Assembly (NCBI RefSeq): GCF_963921235.1 | Contig: NC_086107.1 | Location: 97,900,001 to 97,964,000, forward strand | Source of the DNA: Mobula hypostoma | Taxonomy: Eukaryota | DNA length: 64,000 nucleotides | Direction: 5' to 3' | Part shown: one piece after another, positions 39,264-51,190 of the stretch | How the letters are laid out: each line of letters opens with the position of its first letter | Position numbering within the stretch: position 1 is the stretch's first letter | Notes under the pieces: generated by a model | The model's database searches: none | Seen by the model: only the letters and a program-made list of their open reading frames with translations | Told to the model about the DNA's origin: nothing | Made by a program: the position numbers and the translations under genes

Positions 39264-40099
39264 GTACCTCTTCCTAGAGATGCTGCCTGGCCTGCTGCGT
39301 TCACCAGCAACTTTGATGTGTGTTGCTTGAATTTTCAGCATCTGCAGAATTCCTGTTGCTTTAGTTTACCCAACCTTGAGATCCACCGTGTAGGGCTGGA
39401 TCGTTGCTAGGGTCTTTGTGCTTTTGGCCTCCATGTATCAGCTGCAGATGGTGGGCAGTCCCACATGATGCTGGAAGAACTCAGCAGGTCAGGCAGCATC
39501 TGTGGAAAGGAATAAACAATCGACGTTCCAGGTCGGGACGTTTCCCTCCGTCGATGCGACCTTTGTGGTTCCAAGTTTCCAACATCCGCAGCTTTTTTTG
39601 TATCCTTCCTCTGCTCCCTGCGCACGGAATCCCTACACCCCTCCGCTCTCCCACAGGTGAACCTACTGGAGGAATAAGTACCTTGGGAAGGTACCGATGA
39701 GCGCATCCCAAATCCCAGACTAGTCATTCTACACCAACAGCCGCTGACTTCACTCGTGTACCCGCGGAGGGTGAATGTTCACGTCTGACGTGCTCCAGGA
39801 GGTGACTGCCTGCGGCCAGAGACAGGGGTTAGAGACAAGAATCCGGGAGGCCTGGGTGCATCGTGCTCCCAAACTGAGCTCGGGAGGGGCAGTCGGGGAA
39901 CGAGTGACAGAGGGAGGCAGGGAGGCATCCGGGAAGACCACAGAACCAGCTCGGCTGCAGGCGGCAGAAGGAGACCGAGTCCGACAGCGACGCTTAAGAG
40001 GCGTCAGCAGCAAGAGGAATGGACAGACACAAACGTCCATTGTCACGGAACAGCTGCGGGACATTTTAAAGCAGGAGGAGGTCAAGGTCCACACTGGCA

Positions 40100-43000
40100 A
40101 AAAGAGAATAAGATCTCTCAGGGCTAAAATGGCGAGTACGATAGGGAATAACTTTAAGGTGATTGGAGGAAAGTATAGGAGGGATTTTTTTTCACAGTGG
40201 CGAGTGTGTGGAACTTGCTGTCATGTGTGGTGGTGAAGGCAGAGACTTAGATACATGGATGAAGGAAAAATGGAGGGTTATGTCGGAGGGAAGGATTAGA
40301 TTGATTTTAAAGTAGGTTTAAAGGTCAGCCGAAGGGCCTGCGCCGTGCTGTAATTTTTTTTCTCTCTGTTCTACGTTCTGTAACACGAATTTAGGGAGCT
40401 TGCTCACAGGTTAAAGAGAAGAACGTCCAAGGTTGCAATCTGTAGATTGCTTCTGTTCCCTGGAATAGGGTCAGGGGAGTGTGTGGCCGAAGGGACGGCG
40501 TGGGCTGGAGAGGTTTGGAATTCTGGATCACCGGGACTGCTTCTGGGGAAGGGGGCTTCTGCACAGGAGGATGGGCTGCATCTGAACTGGGACGGGCCCA
40601 ACGTGCTTGCAGGGGGCTTTGCAGCTGGGAGAGTTTTTAAACGAATCTGTCAGGGGAATGGGAACCAAGTGAGAGGGATATGCAGAGTCACGTAGAGAAG
40701 GAAATCCGTGTGCCCCGAGTCACGCTAACCGCAATGCTATGGTGGCGGGGTTGAAAGTTCAATCTACAGAAAAGGATAATGGTAAACCGGACTTGGTTGT
40801 CACGTCTCGAATTGGGAGAAGGCCGATTTCAATATGTACGGCAGAACCCGGCCAGCGTAGACTGGGAGTAGCTACCTGCAGGAGGGTCTCTATCGAACCA
40901 ACAGGAATCATTCAGAAGTGAAATAACGAGGGTTCAGTGCCAACATGTCCCCGTAAGGGTAAAAGGGGCAAACAGTAAGTTCAAGTAATCGTAAGGGGGG
41001 GGGCGGGGGTAGCGCAACGGTCTACAGACCCAGCGACCCGGGTTCAATTTCCGCCAATCTCCTGTAAAGTGTTTGCAGGTTTCCTAACAAATCCAGTTAA
41101 TCAGTTAAATTGGGGAGTTGCTAGGCGGCGCGGCTCGAAGGTCTCAATCCAGATCTAGATAAAGAAGCAAGAACTGAAAACACTCCCAATGCGGGAGGAG
41201 CTCAGCAGATCAGGAGGGGAGTAAACAGTCGGCATTTCCGGGCGAGCCCGTTTTTATCGGAACGGGAAAAGAAGTGGGTAAAAGCCAGATTTTAAACATC
41301 CTGGAGGATGAAAATAAACAAAGAAAGTATTTAGCAACATACTGACGTCAAGAGGTATAACTGGCGAAAGATTATAGTCATTGGGGCAACCCTTGCAGAG
41401 ACAGAGAACATATGTGAGGTGTTAAACAGACACTCGTCCTCTGTCACATCAAGAGAAAATCTGTAGATACTGGAAATCCGAGCAACGCACACAAAATGCT
41501 GGAGGAACGCAGCAGGCCAGGTAGCTTCTATAGGGAAAAAAAATGTACAGTAGTAGTTTTGGGTCGAGACCCTTCCCCGGTCCTGCTGAAGGGTCTCAGC
41601 CCGTAACGTCGACTGTACTTTTTTCCATAGATGCTGCCTGGCCTGCTGAGTTCCTCCAGCATTTTGTGTGTGCTGTTTGTCCTCCGTACTCACTGAGGAC
41701 TTGGAGAATTTAATGGGAGGGGGAGTGGTGAAATTCCACAATTTGCTACCGTTAAAAACAAGGAGGTATTGGTTGCCTTCAAGGGCTTAAGAGTTGGAGA
41801 AATTGGAGAAATCCCCAGGAGCTGACCTGATCAGATGTGCCCCAGGCTCCTTTGGAAAGCAAAGGAGGAGATGGCTGGCTCTGTGGCAGATAGTTTTTAG
41901 AATCTTTGATGATCACAGACAAGGTGCCAAATGACCAGATTGTGTTGCCTTTATCCAGGATGGGCAGTGAGGAAAAGGCAGATAATTACAATCTCTTGAG
42001 GCTAATGTCAGTGGTAGAGAAATTATTGGGGAAAAAATCTGAAGGACAGATTTAACCTGCACTTGGAAAGGCAGCATTTTATCAAAGATAACCAGATGAA
42101 TCTGTGGCTGAGGTACTGGTGCAGGGGCAGGGGTTCAGGTTCTTTGCCCATTGGGATTTCTTCAGGGGTAGAGGTGACCTGTATGGGAGGGACGGTGTGT
42201 ACTCAAACCAGACAGGAACCGATACCCTGGCAAGGAAATTCGTTAATACTGTTTGACAGTGTTCAAAGTAGGTTGACGTGCATCTGGGACACTGAGCAGG
42301 AGAGAGGACCTCCACTCGTCAGGGTCGACCATGGATATGGTCTCCCGGCCGTCGACAGGGCAGTATGGAAAACAATGCAGCAGGCTCCCCCTCTCCACAC
42401 AGCTGATGAAGCAAAAGGAACAGTGGAGACCGATACAGTTTGACACCGGCGGCCATGCAGGAGTTGCCAGTCAGCATTGAACTCAACGTAGGACTGTCTG
42501 AGGGACTCCAGCTGCAGATTTTTCCCTCGGGGTTTACTCCCGAAGCCTTCCCCATGAGTGGGTTTGGCCGCAAGGAAGCGGGGGTTTGAGATCAGAGTTT
42601 TCCCTGTCCTAGATGAGCTGTCAACCACAGCTGATGTGCCCCGTCTGCCTGGAGTGACTGGTTTTAAAGCCTTTGCACCTTCTCCCATCAGTAGAAACAG
42701 TTTTGCCGGGCTTAGTGGCTAAGCCACACGTGAAGGCCAGGAGCTGGAATTGGTTGTTAAAGGCTATTTGAGGCGCACACCATTGGGAGCATTTAATAGG
42801 TAGTGGGAGCTTGTCCCCATTACCAACTCTGACCTTAACAACCATAAGGAACCTGAGGAGAAGTAAGACGAGGGTCAAAGCAGCAGCCAGCGAGAGAGCA
42901 AGTTTCATAATCAGGATAGCCAGGGACAAGGTGAGCACTGGGAAAGGAATATACATTAAACTCCATTTATTTCAGTGCATGAGTTTTAACAGGTACAGCC

Positions 43001-44600
43001 GATTAACTCAGAGTATGGATTGGCTTTGAGGATTGGGATACTATAGCCATAACAGAAATGTGACCAAGGGAAGGGCAGGACTGTCAGCTCAGTACTCCAG
43101 GAAACAGACGCTACAGGCATGACAGAGATACAGGTAGTGAGGATGGCTAACGCCTTTTTGATAAGAGAACTCACAACAGCCTTTGGCCCAGCATTTAAGT
43201 CGTCCAAACATCAGGTCGTTCCTCACTCTAAGACCCTTGCCATTGGTTATTTGTGTGAACAATTGCAAAAGGCTCGATCAGCAAGTTTACCATGCCACAA
43301 AGTTAGAAGGAACTGTTTGTAGTGAAGAATTTCAGATTACAGTGGAATCTTAATCAGTAAGGGAAGTGGGCCGAGGGGTGGGCGACGGATTTCTGTACAG
43401 GTACTGTGAGTTGATGGCATGTTGGAAGCTTAAAACAGCGTAAGACCCTCGAAATATACTATAACAGAGGGACCAGGAGTACAAATGCATAGTTCATTGA
43501 AATGCACACGCAGATAACGTCTTTTGGTAGTATACCAGCCTTCATCAGTCAGGGCACTGAGTACAGGCATTGGGAATTGTGTTGCAGTTGTATAAGTTAT
43601 GGAAAGGCCACACTTGGTGTACTATAAAGACGAGAAATTCACAAATACCGGAACACACAAAATGCTGGAGGAACTCAGCAGGCCAGGCAGCATCTATGGA
43701 AGTGAATAAACAGTTGACATTTCGGGCCGAGGCCCTTCTTCGGGACTGTATGTGCAGTTTTAGATTAGTTTTATTAGATAACGTGGTGCTCTGTAACAAC
43801 AACCAGCACAGTCCAAATATGCACCGGGGGCAGCCCGCAAGTGTCGCCAAGCTTCCGACACCAGCATAGCACGCCCACAACTTACTAACCCCTACGAATC
43901 CAGATGGTTTCAGAATGTGGGAGGAAACCGGAGCACCCAGAGGAAACTCAAGCAGCCATGGGGAGAACGTACAAACTCTTTACAGACGAGAGAAGGAACT
44001 GAAGCCCGATTACTAGCGCTTGTGAAGCGTTAAGCCAGCCATTGTGCGACCAGGCTGCCCAGTGTTTTGTTAAAGGGAAGACGTGGTTAAATTAGAAAGA
44101 GTGTAGAAAAGATTTACGAGGATGTTGCCGGGGTTGAGGGCTGGAGTTAGAGGGAGAATCTGACCGGGTTAGGCCTTTATTTCTTGGAGCAGAGGAGAAT
44201 AGGATGCGGAATTGTGTAAGACCATGAGAGGCCATAGATAAGGTGGATGGTAACAGTCTTTTCCCAGGGTCGGTGAGGCCACATTCGCAAGGGCCTCGGC
44301 CCAAAACGTCGCCTGCTTGTTCATTTCCATGGATACCCTGAAACGAAGAAGAGATATACCAGGATGTCGCCTCGGATGGAGTGAGTGGTCAGTGATGAGA
44401 AGAGACTTGGATGGTCTGGGTGTGTTTTCCTTGAAGCGGAGGAGGCCCAGGGGGTACCTGACAGAGGCATACAAAACTCCGAGGGGAATTCATATTCGCA
44501 GGAAAGTATACGTATGTAAAAACAGAAGGCCGCCTGAGGGGATCTGAGGAGGTAGATTTTGCCCTGAGGGGTTGTTGGGATCTTTGTGTGGGTGGAGGAG
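40100..44600 (+). mobile_element. Patchwork of decayed CR1-type LINE fragments with nested SINE/PLE pieces
   Basis: DGLHLNWDGPNVLAGGF (ORF1 esterase-like), RT remnants and LGVFSLKRRRPRGYLTEAYK (CR1 ORF2 C-terminus). Confidence 0.65.
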
Positions 44601-44979
44601 GCTGAGAGATGCCGTCTGAAATTGGACTTCACGTCGACAGCCCCTCGATTGTCCGCACGGACAGGTGGGTGAAGGTATTGTTTCTCTCAGTGTGTCCGCA
44701 CCGACACACCGGGATGCACAGGGTTCGAGTGTCTGAGGTGACCGAGTGCCGGGAGAGACACCAGGCTTAACAAGTGCAGTCGTTTGGGGGGTAGGGTCAT
44801 GTCTGAGACTCTGGGGATGTAATAAAACGGACTGGTGAAATTTCAGCTAAGTGTTTGATCAGGAAAATAAAAATCCAAGGATCCAGCCCACTAGTCTGTG
44901 TCGTCCATCAACCGCCCACTAAAAAGGGAATATTTCCCCCACTTATCTGTCTCCCCTCTGTACTCCCCCACCCCGTCCC

Positions 44980-45208
44980 TTTCCCTTTCTTCCGCTCCTT
45001 CCTTTTCCTCCCCCCGTGTATATCTGTTGGTATTTTTGCCGCCTTTCTATTGGTTGTTCCCCGTGCCTTTAAGACATTATGTGTCGGAGGACAGAGGCCG
45101 CCTTTAAGCGCCGCGCTGGAGCTCCGGCCACGTCACCGAGGGGGAGCCGCGCCGCAGCCGAAAGTTCGCACCGAGTCCGGGGAAGTTTGTCCGACTGAAT
45201 CCGGAGAG
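44980..45208 (+). promoter_or_regulatory. KDELR3 CpG-rich promoter/5'UTR with inverted CCAAT box and UPRE-like site
   Basis: CpG-dense; ATTGG at 45049-45053, TTTAA at about 45103, CCACGTCA (TGACGTGG on - strand) at 45128-45135. Confidence 0.7.
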
Positions 45209-45299
45209 ATGAACGTGTTCAGGCTGGCGGGAGACCTCTCCCACCTCCTCGCCATTCTCATCCTGTTGATGAAGATCTGGAGCACCAAGTCTTGCGCTG
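45209..45299 (+). CDS. KDELR3: KDEL receptor 3 exon 1 ([31 protein letters not shown])
   Basis: ATG at 45209; 91 bp; |gtgagt donor; typical ERD2/KDELR N-terminus. Confidence 0.96.
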
Positions 45300-45736
45300 G
45301 TGAGTGGGGAATGGAGGGAGGAGTGAAGAAGTTACTGAGGCAGGAGTGAGTGATGGGGATTCTGGGAGAAGGAGGGGAGTGAGGAGGAATTAGGAGATTG
45401 AGGGGGAGGAGAGGGTGTAAGAGGATATCGTCGTGGAGGGACTGCGATGGATTGAGATAGGTGAATGTGAGAGATGGAGGGAGTGTGACAATGAGTGGGT
45501 GAGAGATGGAGGGAGTGTGACAGACTGAGTGAGAGATGGAGGGAGTGTGAGAGAATAAGTGGGCAAGAAATGGAGGGAGTGTGAGGGAGTAAGGGGTAGA
45601 GTGATGGAGGGTATAGAGTTGGTTACCACGAGGGGTGAGTGGATTAGAGTGAAGAAGGAGGAGATGGTGTGTGAGGGATTGGGGGGGTGTTGGGGATAGT
45701 GAAAGAAAGGCGAGTGTCCCATCTGTCTTCGGGAGG

Positions 45737-46820
45737 GGATGTAGAGGGAAGGGTTGGAGTATTGGGAAAGGAGGTGTGATTTGGGATGTAGAGGGAAAGG
45801 TTGGAGTATTGGAAAAGGAGGTGTGAGTTGGGATGTAGAGGGAAGGGTTGGAGTACTGGGAAAGGAGATGTGAGTTGGGATGTAGAGGGAAGGGTTGGAT
45901 TATTGGGAAAGGAGATGTGAGTTGGGATGTAGAGGGAAGGGTTGGATTATTGGGAAAGGAGATGTGAGTTGGGATGTAGAGGGAAGGGTTGGAGTACTGG
46001 GAAAGGAGATGTGAGTTGGGATGTAGAGGGAAGGGTTGGATTATTGGGAAAGGAGATGTGAGTTGGGATGTAGAGGGAAGGGTTGGATTATTGGGAAAGG
46101 AGGTGTGAGTTGGGATGTGGAGGGAAGGGTTGGAGTATTGGGAGAGGAGATGTGATTTGGGATGTAGAGGGAAGGGTTGGATTATTGGGAAAGGAGGTGT
46201 GAGTTGGGATGTGGAGGGAAGGGTTGGAGTATTGGGAAAGGAGGTGTGAGTTGGGATGTGGAGGGAAGGGTTGGAGTATTGGGAGAGGAGATGTGAGTTG
46301 GGATGTGGAGGGAAGGGTTGGAGTATTGGGAGAGGAGATGTGAGTTGGGATGTGGAGGGAAGGGTTGGAGTACTGGGAGAGGAGATGTGATTTGGGATGT
46401 GGAGGGAAGGGTTGGACTACTGGGAGAGGAGATGTGATTTGGGATGTAGAGGGAAGGGTTGGAGTATTGGGAGAGGAGATGTGATTAGGGATGTGGAGGG
46501 AAGGGTTGGAGTATTGGGAGAGGAGGTGTGAGTTGGGATGTGGAGGGAAGGGTTGGAGTATTGGGAGAGGAGATGTGATTTGGGATGTGGAGGGAAGGGT
46601 TGGAGTACTGGGAGAGGAGATGTGATTTGGGATGTGGAGCGAAGGGTTGGAGTACTGGGAGAGGAGATGTGATTTGGGATGTAGAGGGAAGGGTTGGAGT
46701 ATTGGGAGAGGAGATGTGATTAGGGATGTGGAGGGAAGGGTTGGAGTATTGGGAGAGGAGGTGTGAGTTGGGATGTGGAGGGAAGGGTTGGAGTATTGGG
46801 AGAGGAGATGTGATTTGGGA
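45737..46820. repeat. 47-bp G-rich minisatellite, ~23 copies, in KDELR3 intron 1
   Basis: Unit GGATGT(A/G)GAGGGAAGGGTTGGAGTATTGGGA(A/G)AGGAGATGTGA(G/T)TTG; period 47 (45737, 45784, ...). Confidence 0.97.
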
Positions 46821-46866
46821 CTGGGGTATTTGGTGCTTCTACGCTGATGATTCCTTTTCCTCACAG

Positions 46867-46967
46867 GGATCTCCGGGAAGAGTCAGCTTCTCTTCGCGCT
46901 GGTGTTTACAACCCGATACCTGGACTTGTTCACCTCGTTTATCTCTGTCTACAACACCAGCATGAAG
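46867..46967 (+). CDS. KDELR3: KDELR3 exon 2 ([33 protein letters not shown])
   Basis: tcacag| acceptor, |gtgaga donor; 101 bp, phase 1 to 0. Confidence 0.96.
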
Positions 46968-49820
46968 GTGAGAAGGGTGGGATGGTCAGCAACAAGTGGT
47001 GATGAACAATGGGACACCCCACATTTCTCCTGGAGAGTAGACCAGGCTGCCCACTGTTTAACCACTTCCATCCTTGGAACAGACTCCAAGGAATCTGGGG
47101 TGGAGATTGCAGGCAACCATCCCCTCTCTCATCCACATTCTCTGCCAGTCATCCTTTCTTCCCTTAACTCCTGTCTCTCCAACAAACCTTTGATCAGCTG
47201 CTCCAATATCTGAAACGTTGACTCAGTTTCTCTCCCCATAGGTGCTGCCCGGACGGCTGAGTGTTTCCAGCATTTTCTGTTTACGTAAGGTTTTGGGGGT
47301 AATAGCGGCTAATTCTGACTTGTATGACGTAGCCTCAGCTCTAATAATGAACGTTCCGAAAGTCGAAGAGAAACATACAATCTTGAAGCGATGAAACTTA
47401 AGTGTACCCAAGTGTAAGTTAAGCGTAATGGAGCAGTCAGCAAAAGATATGACATCCATCGGTCCCCAGCTGCAAACTATCACGAATGAAGGCGTAACTT
47501 ATTCCCTTCGCTTTTACCACGCCCCCACTCGTGTGACTAGTTACCATTAGAACCATGATAAACGCATAACACGAAATACAATGCAGATAGACAACAGTTG
47601 TGTGATCCCGACAGGGGTGTCCACAGGACAACGGGAGCATCGTTAAAGTCCTCCGAGAGGAGGAAGATTTGCGGGTTGTGTACTTGTCCCTTTCTACCCC
47701 AGTGAGCTGTGTTGAGATTGAGGGTGAGGCCCAGAGGATGACCCGATTCCTCGCTGGTGTCGCAGGAGATTGGGACAGTGGGCGCAGCTTTCAGGGGTCT
47801 TTGCGCTCGAGCGATCTGTGTCCCTCTGTCCCTGTCTCTCTCTCTCTGCGGTGAGAGAGTCTGTTGGCTCCGAATCGCGGGAACTTGCAGACTGTAACAT
47901 CGAAACAGCGAACTGTTGGTCTCCTCTCTCACTGTGTCAGGAGTGATATCTCTCTCTCTCTCTCGTTAGTGAGAGGGGTTTGAGATGTCGAAGTGTTGGG
48001 ATGGACAGTAGTTTCTGATGGATTCTAGATCATGGTCTCTGGGGTCTAGTTATGGCATGGTGGGTGGTGGGGGTTGATGTTTTTGTGCTGCTGCTTCTGT
48101 GTGGGAGGGGGGCTTTGGGATTCTAATGTTTTTCTGTCATTCATTTTTTTTCCCCTTTCTGTTTCGTGGATGTCTGTGAAGGGTAAGAATTTCAGGTTGT
48201 ATACTGTATACATTTGCTGATTTTAAATTGAACCTTTGAAAGTGAAATGACCATTTGGACTGGAAATGCTCAGTAAGTTGGGTGGCGTCCATGGAGAGAG
48301 AAACAGTTAACATTTCAGATCGATGACCCTTTGTCAGTGTTGGGCTACAAGGGAATGGGGAATGGATGTTGGCCACAATTCTATTGACCAACCAAGCAGG
48401 CTCCAAGTGGTCATCTGCTCTGATCTAATGCCGGACGCTGGGCAGTGGAGCGTGAGGGAGCAGAGATCGCGTGGTCTGTTGTTCTACTAAAGGACACTGT
48501 TGGTCCCCAGGCCCAGCATGAGGTTCACTGTGAATGTTGTGGATTTGGGCAAAATCTGTGGATGACCCAGGGTTTAGGAAGGCGGTGAGCACCCAGGAGA
48601 AGAGATGGGCTGCAGGACTGGGAAGATAGATGAATGAAAGGGGGAGTGGACGATATGGAGAAATTCGCAGCAATTAGGAGGGGAGGGAATATATCACAGT
48701 CCAGACAGGTTTATAGAAAGTGCAGACTTCTTTAATTATGTTTTTGGAATTAGGAGTTTTAAATAAAAATTGAGCTGTTCTTGGACTGTTTTAATGGTGA
48801 AATGAGGGAAGGGGAAATTATACTAAATCCTTCTCAACCCAGAGGAGAGAATTCTGTCCCGGACACCATGTCATGGGTCCGGAATTGCGCATGCAGATCT
48901 TCTGAATGTCCCTGTGGATGAGGGGATTACAGGGAAGAGCAGAGGTACGTTCCCTAAAGCAAAATTTAATAGAAATATTCACAATTTTAGAGTAGCCAAG
49001 ACAAACCGTTCTGTGGGCGCAGTTTCTCTGTAAGCATGTGGGCATCTGTCGTTGAGGTCATAAGAAATTTCTCTTTGCCTTCCCATATTCCGGCCCTTTC
49101 CCACAAAGACATGTCTGAAAGCTTCCAATCATGGCTCAGAAATGGCCTGTATCAGCGCTGGGGATGAGGATCGCGTGGTAAATGTACCTGTGGATACATC
49201 TGAGCCACAGTACTCCCCATCCATTCCCATCTCCAGCAGAGTTACCGCAGGGGCTCAGTGGTCAGCTGCAGCCGCTCAGTTCCATCATCCCTGGTTCTGC
49301 CAGTCTGACAACCAGTCACCAGCTCCTGCTGTCAACTCCTCAACCTACTTTTTCAGCATCCAGAACAGGATGACCGTAAATTTAGTATTTGGCCGACCTG
49401 ACTCATTAAAAAAATTACCGATGGTTACTCCACCAGCCAGTGGAACAGTTTTGTACCCCACTTACCTCAGAATAAAGCAGCCCAAAGATCTGTCGCTCAA
49501 GGGCAGGTACGATTCTACGTGCAACACTCACAAAATGCTGGAGGAAGTCGGCAAGTCAGGCAGCGTCTACGGAGGGAAATAAGCAGCCAATGCTTTGGGC
49601 TGGGACACTTCATCAGGACGCCTTTCAGGGTCTCAACCTGAAATGTTGACTATTTGTTCTTCTCCATAGATGCTGCCTGACTCTGGCATTTTGTGTGTGT
49701 GTGTGTTGCTCGAGATTTCCAGCATCTGCAGAATTTCTTGTCTATCTCTTATCTGATGTTTTCTGGTCGGATGTGATTTATTGTCACATTTAGCTAGTTT
49801 CCAACTTGTTTGTTTTCTAG

Positions 49821-49979
49821 ATCATATTCCTGCTCAGTGCCTACATAACCATCTACCTGATCTACTTCAAGTACAGTTCGACCTTCGACCGGGAGAACGA
49901 CACATTCCGCGTGGAGTTCATCCTGGTCCCCGTCGCTGGTCTCTCCTTTCTTGTGAACCATGAGTACACTGCACTGGAG
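49821..49979 (+). CDS. KDELR3: KDELR3 exon 3 ([53 protein letters not shown])
   Basis: ttctag| acceptor, |gtgaga donor; 159 bp, phase 0-0. Confidence 0.96.
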
Positions 49980-50664
49980 GTGAGAATGGCTCTTCCTTTT
50001 CAGGATGTGCGCACTGTCTACAGTTCTGACCTTCAACGACTGCTCCTCTACGGTGGGGCCGAGCCACAGCCCTTCTGGTGAAGCTGCTCCCGCTGTGCGG
50101 CGTGGAGGGGTGGGACCACAGGATTTATACCCAGTGACGATAAAGGACCAGGTCAGGGTGGTGTCGGACCGAGAAGGGAACCCTTGCCCCCTTAACCCTC
50201 CTCGGTGGTGGAGATCCTGGGTTTGGCTGGGTGGCGGCAGTGGTGTAAAACTACTGCCTTGTGTTTACCATAGCCCAGTAAGTGAATTTTTCATGAATGA
50301 TAAAAAAAATATTTAATTTGTGCTAAAATAGCTTTATTTTACAGTTTGTTGTCTTCTGCCCAAGTTAGTGTGGTCTTTCACTGATTCTGTTATGGTTATT
50401 ATTCTATAATTTATTGAGTATGCCCACAAGAAAATGAATCTCAGGGTTGTATATGGTGACATATATGTACCTTGATAATAAATGTATTTAAACTTTGAGT
50501 TTGCAGTCATAACCGAACATGTAATTTTCACTTAATATATAAACCTTAAAGTAGATGATTTCAGATTTTTCTACAGTATATTTTAATTGCTTGTTTACTT
50601 AACCTGTCTATATTCCCTTCACAGCCATAGGTCTCGTAGGTTAATATCACCAAAAAATATAATA

Positions 50665-51190
50665 CATTTGTCCACGGCCTCCTCTGCTGCCACAGTGAGG
50701 CCACGCTCAGGTTGGAGGATCATCACCTTCCATCTGGGTAGCTTCCAACCTGATGGCATGAACATTGACTTCTCTAACTTCTGGTTATTGCCCCCCTCCC
50801 TCTCCTCCACCATTCCCCATTCTTGTTTCCCTGTCACACCTTCTCTTCTTAACTGTCCCATCACCTCGTCCCCCTTCCCTTTCTTCCATGGTCTTCTGTC
50901 CTCTCCTGTCAGATTTCCCCTTCATCTCTTCCACCATCTTGCCAGCTGTTTACTTCACCCCATCCCCCCCTCCCAGTTTCACCTTATCACCTACTACCTT
51001 GTACTTCTTCCTCCCCTCCCCTCTTCTTATTCCGACTTCTTCCCCTTCCCTTTCCAGGTGAAGGGTCTTGGCCTGAAACATCAAGTACTTACTCCTCTCC
51101 ATAGATGCTGCCTGACCTGCCGGGCCCCTCCAGCATTTTGTGCACATTGCTGTAGATTTCCAGCATCTGCAATACCCCTTTGTCTTTATG
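50665..51190 (+). mobile_element. Penelope-like element 3' end (hammerhead core damaged)
   Basis: FHLGSFQPDGMNIDFSNFW, pyrimidine-rich UTR, GAAGGGTCTTGGCCTGAAAC, standard tail. Confidence 0.82.

Larger units (their letters stand above)
38725..39360 (+). mobile_element. Well-preserved Penelope-like element 3' end (GIY-YIG C-terminus, UTR, hammerhead)
   Basis: Translates SIHGLLYCKDEATLRLEEQHLIFRLGSLQPDGMNIDFSNFR*; highly similar to the copy at 52865-53320. Confidence 0.9.

Noticed and set aside
38897..39410. Poly-Pro, poly-PS, poly-LP and poly-GR ORFs
   Set aside because: Frames of the (CCCCCT)n microsatellite within a PLE UTR.
39740..40090. CpG-rich patch with a 153-aa ORF as a possible extra gene or promoter
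   Set aside because: No recognisable protein similarity or splice structure; runs into CR1 fragments. Origin unresolved.
44855..45208. In-frame upstream extension of KDELR3 exon 1
   Set aside because: No in-frame ATG before 45209 (the track starts at TTG); KDEL receptors begin at MN(I/V)FR.
46088..46864. 258-aa minus-strand ORF
   Set aside because: Translation of the 47-bp minisatellite antisense to KDELR3 intron 1; no coding signal.
47278..47940. CpG-rich segment in KDELR3 intron 2 as an alternative promoter or LTR
   Set aside because: No convincing terminal repeats, TSD or exon found; probably an unclassified repeat.
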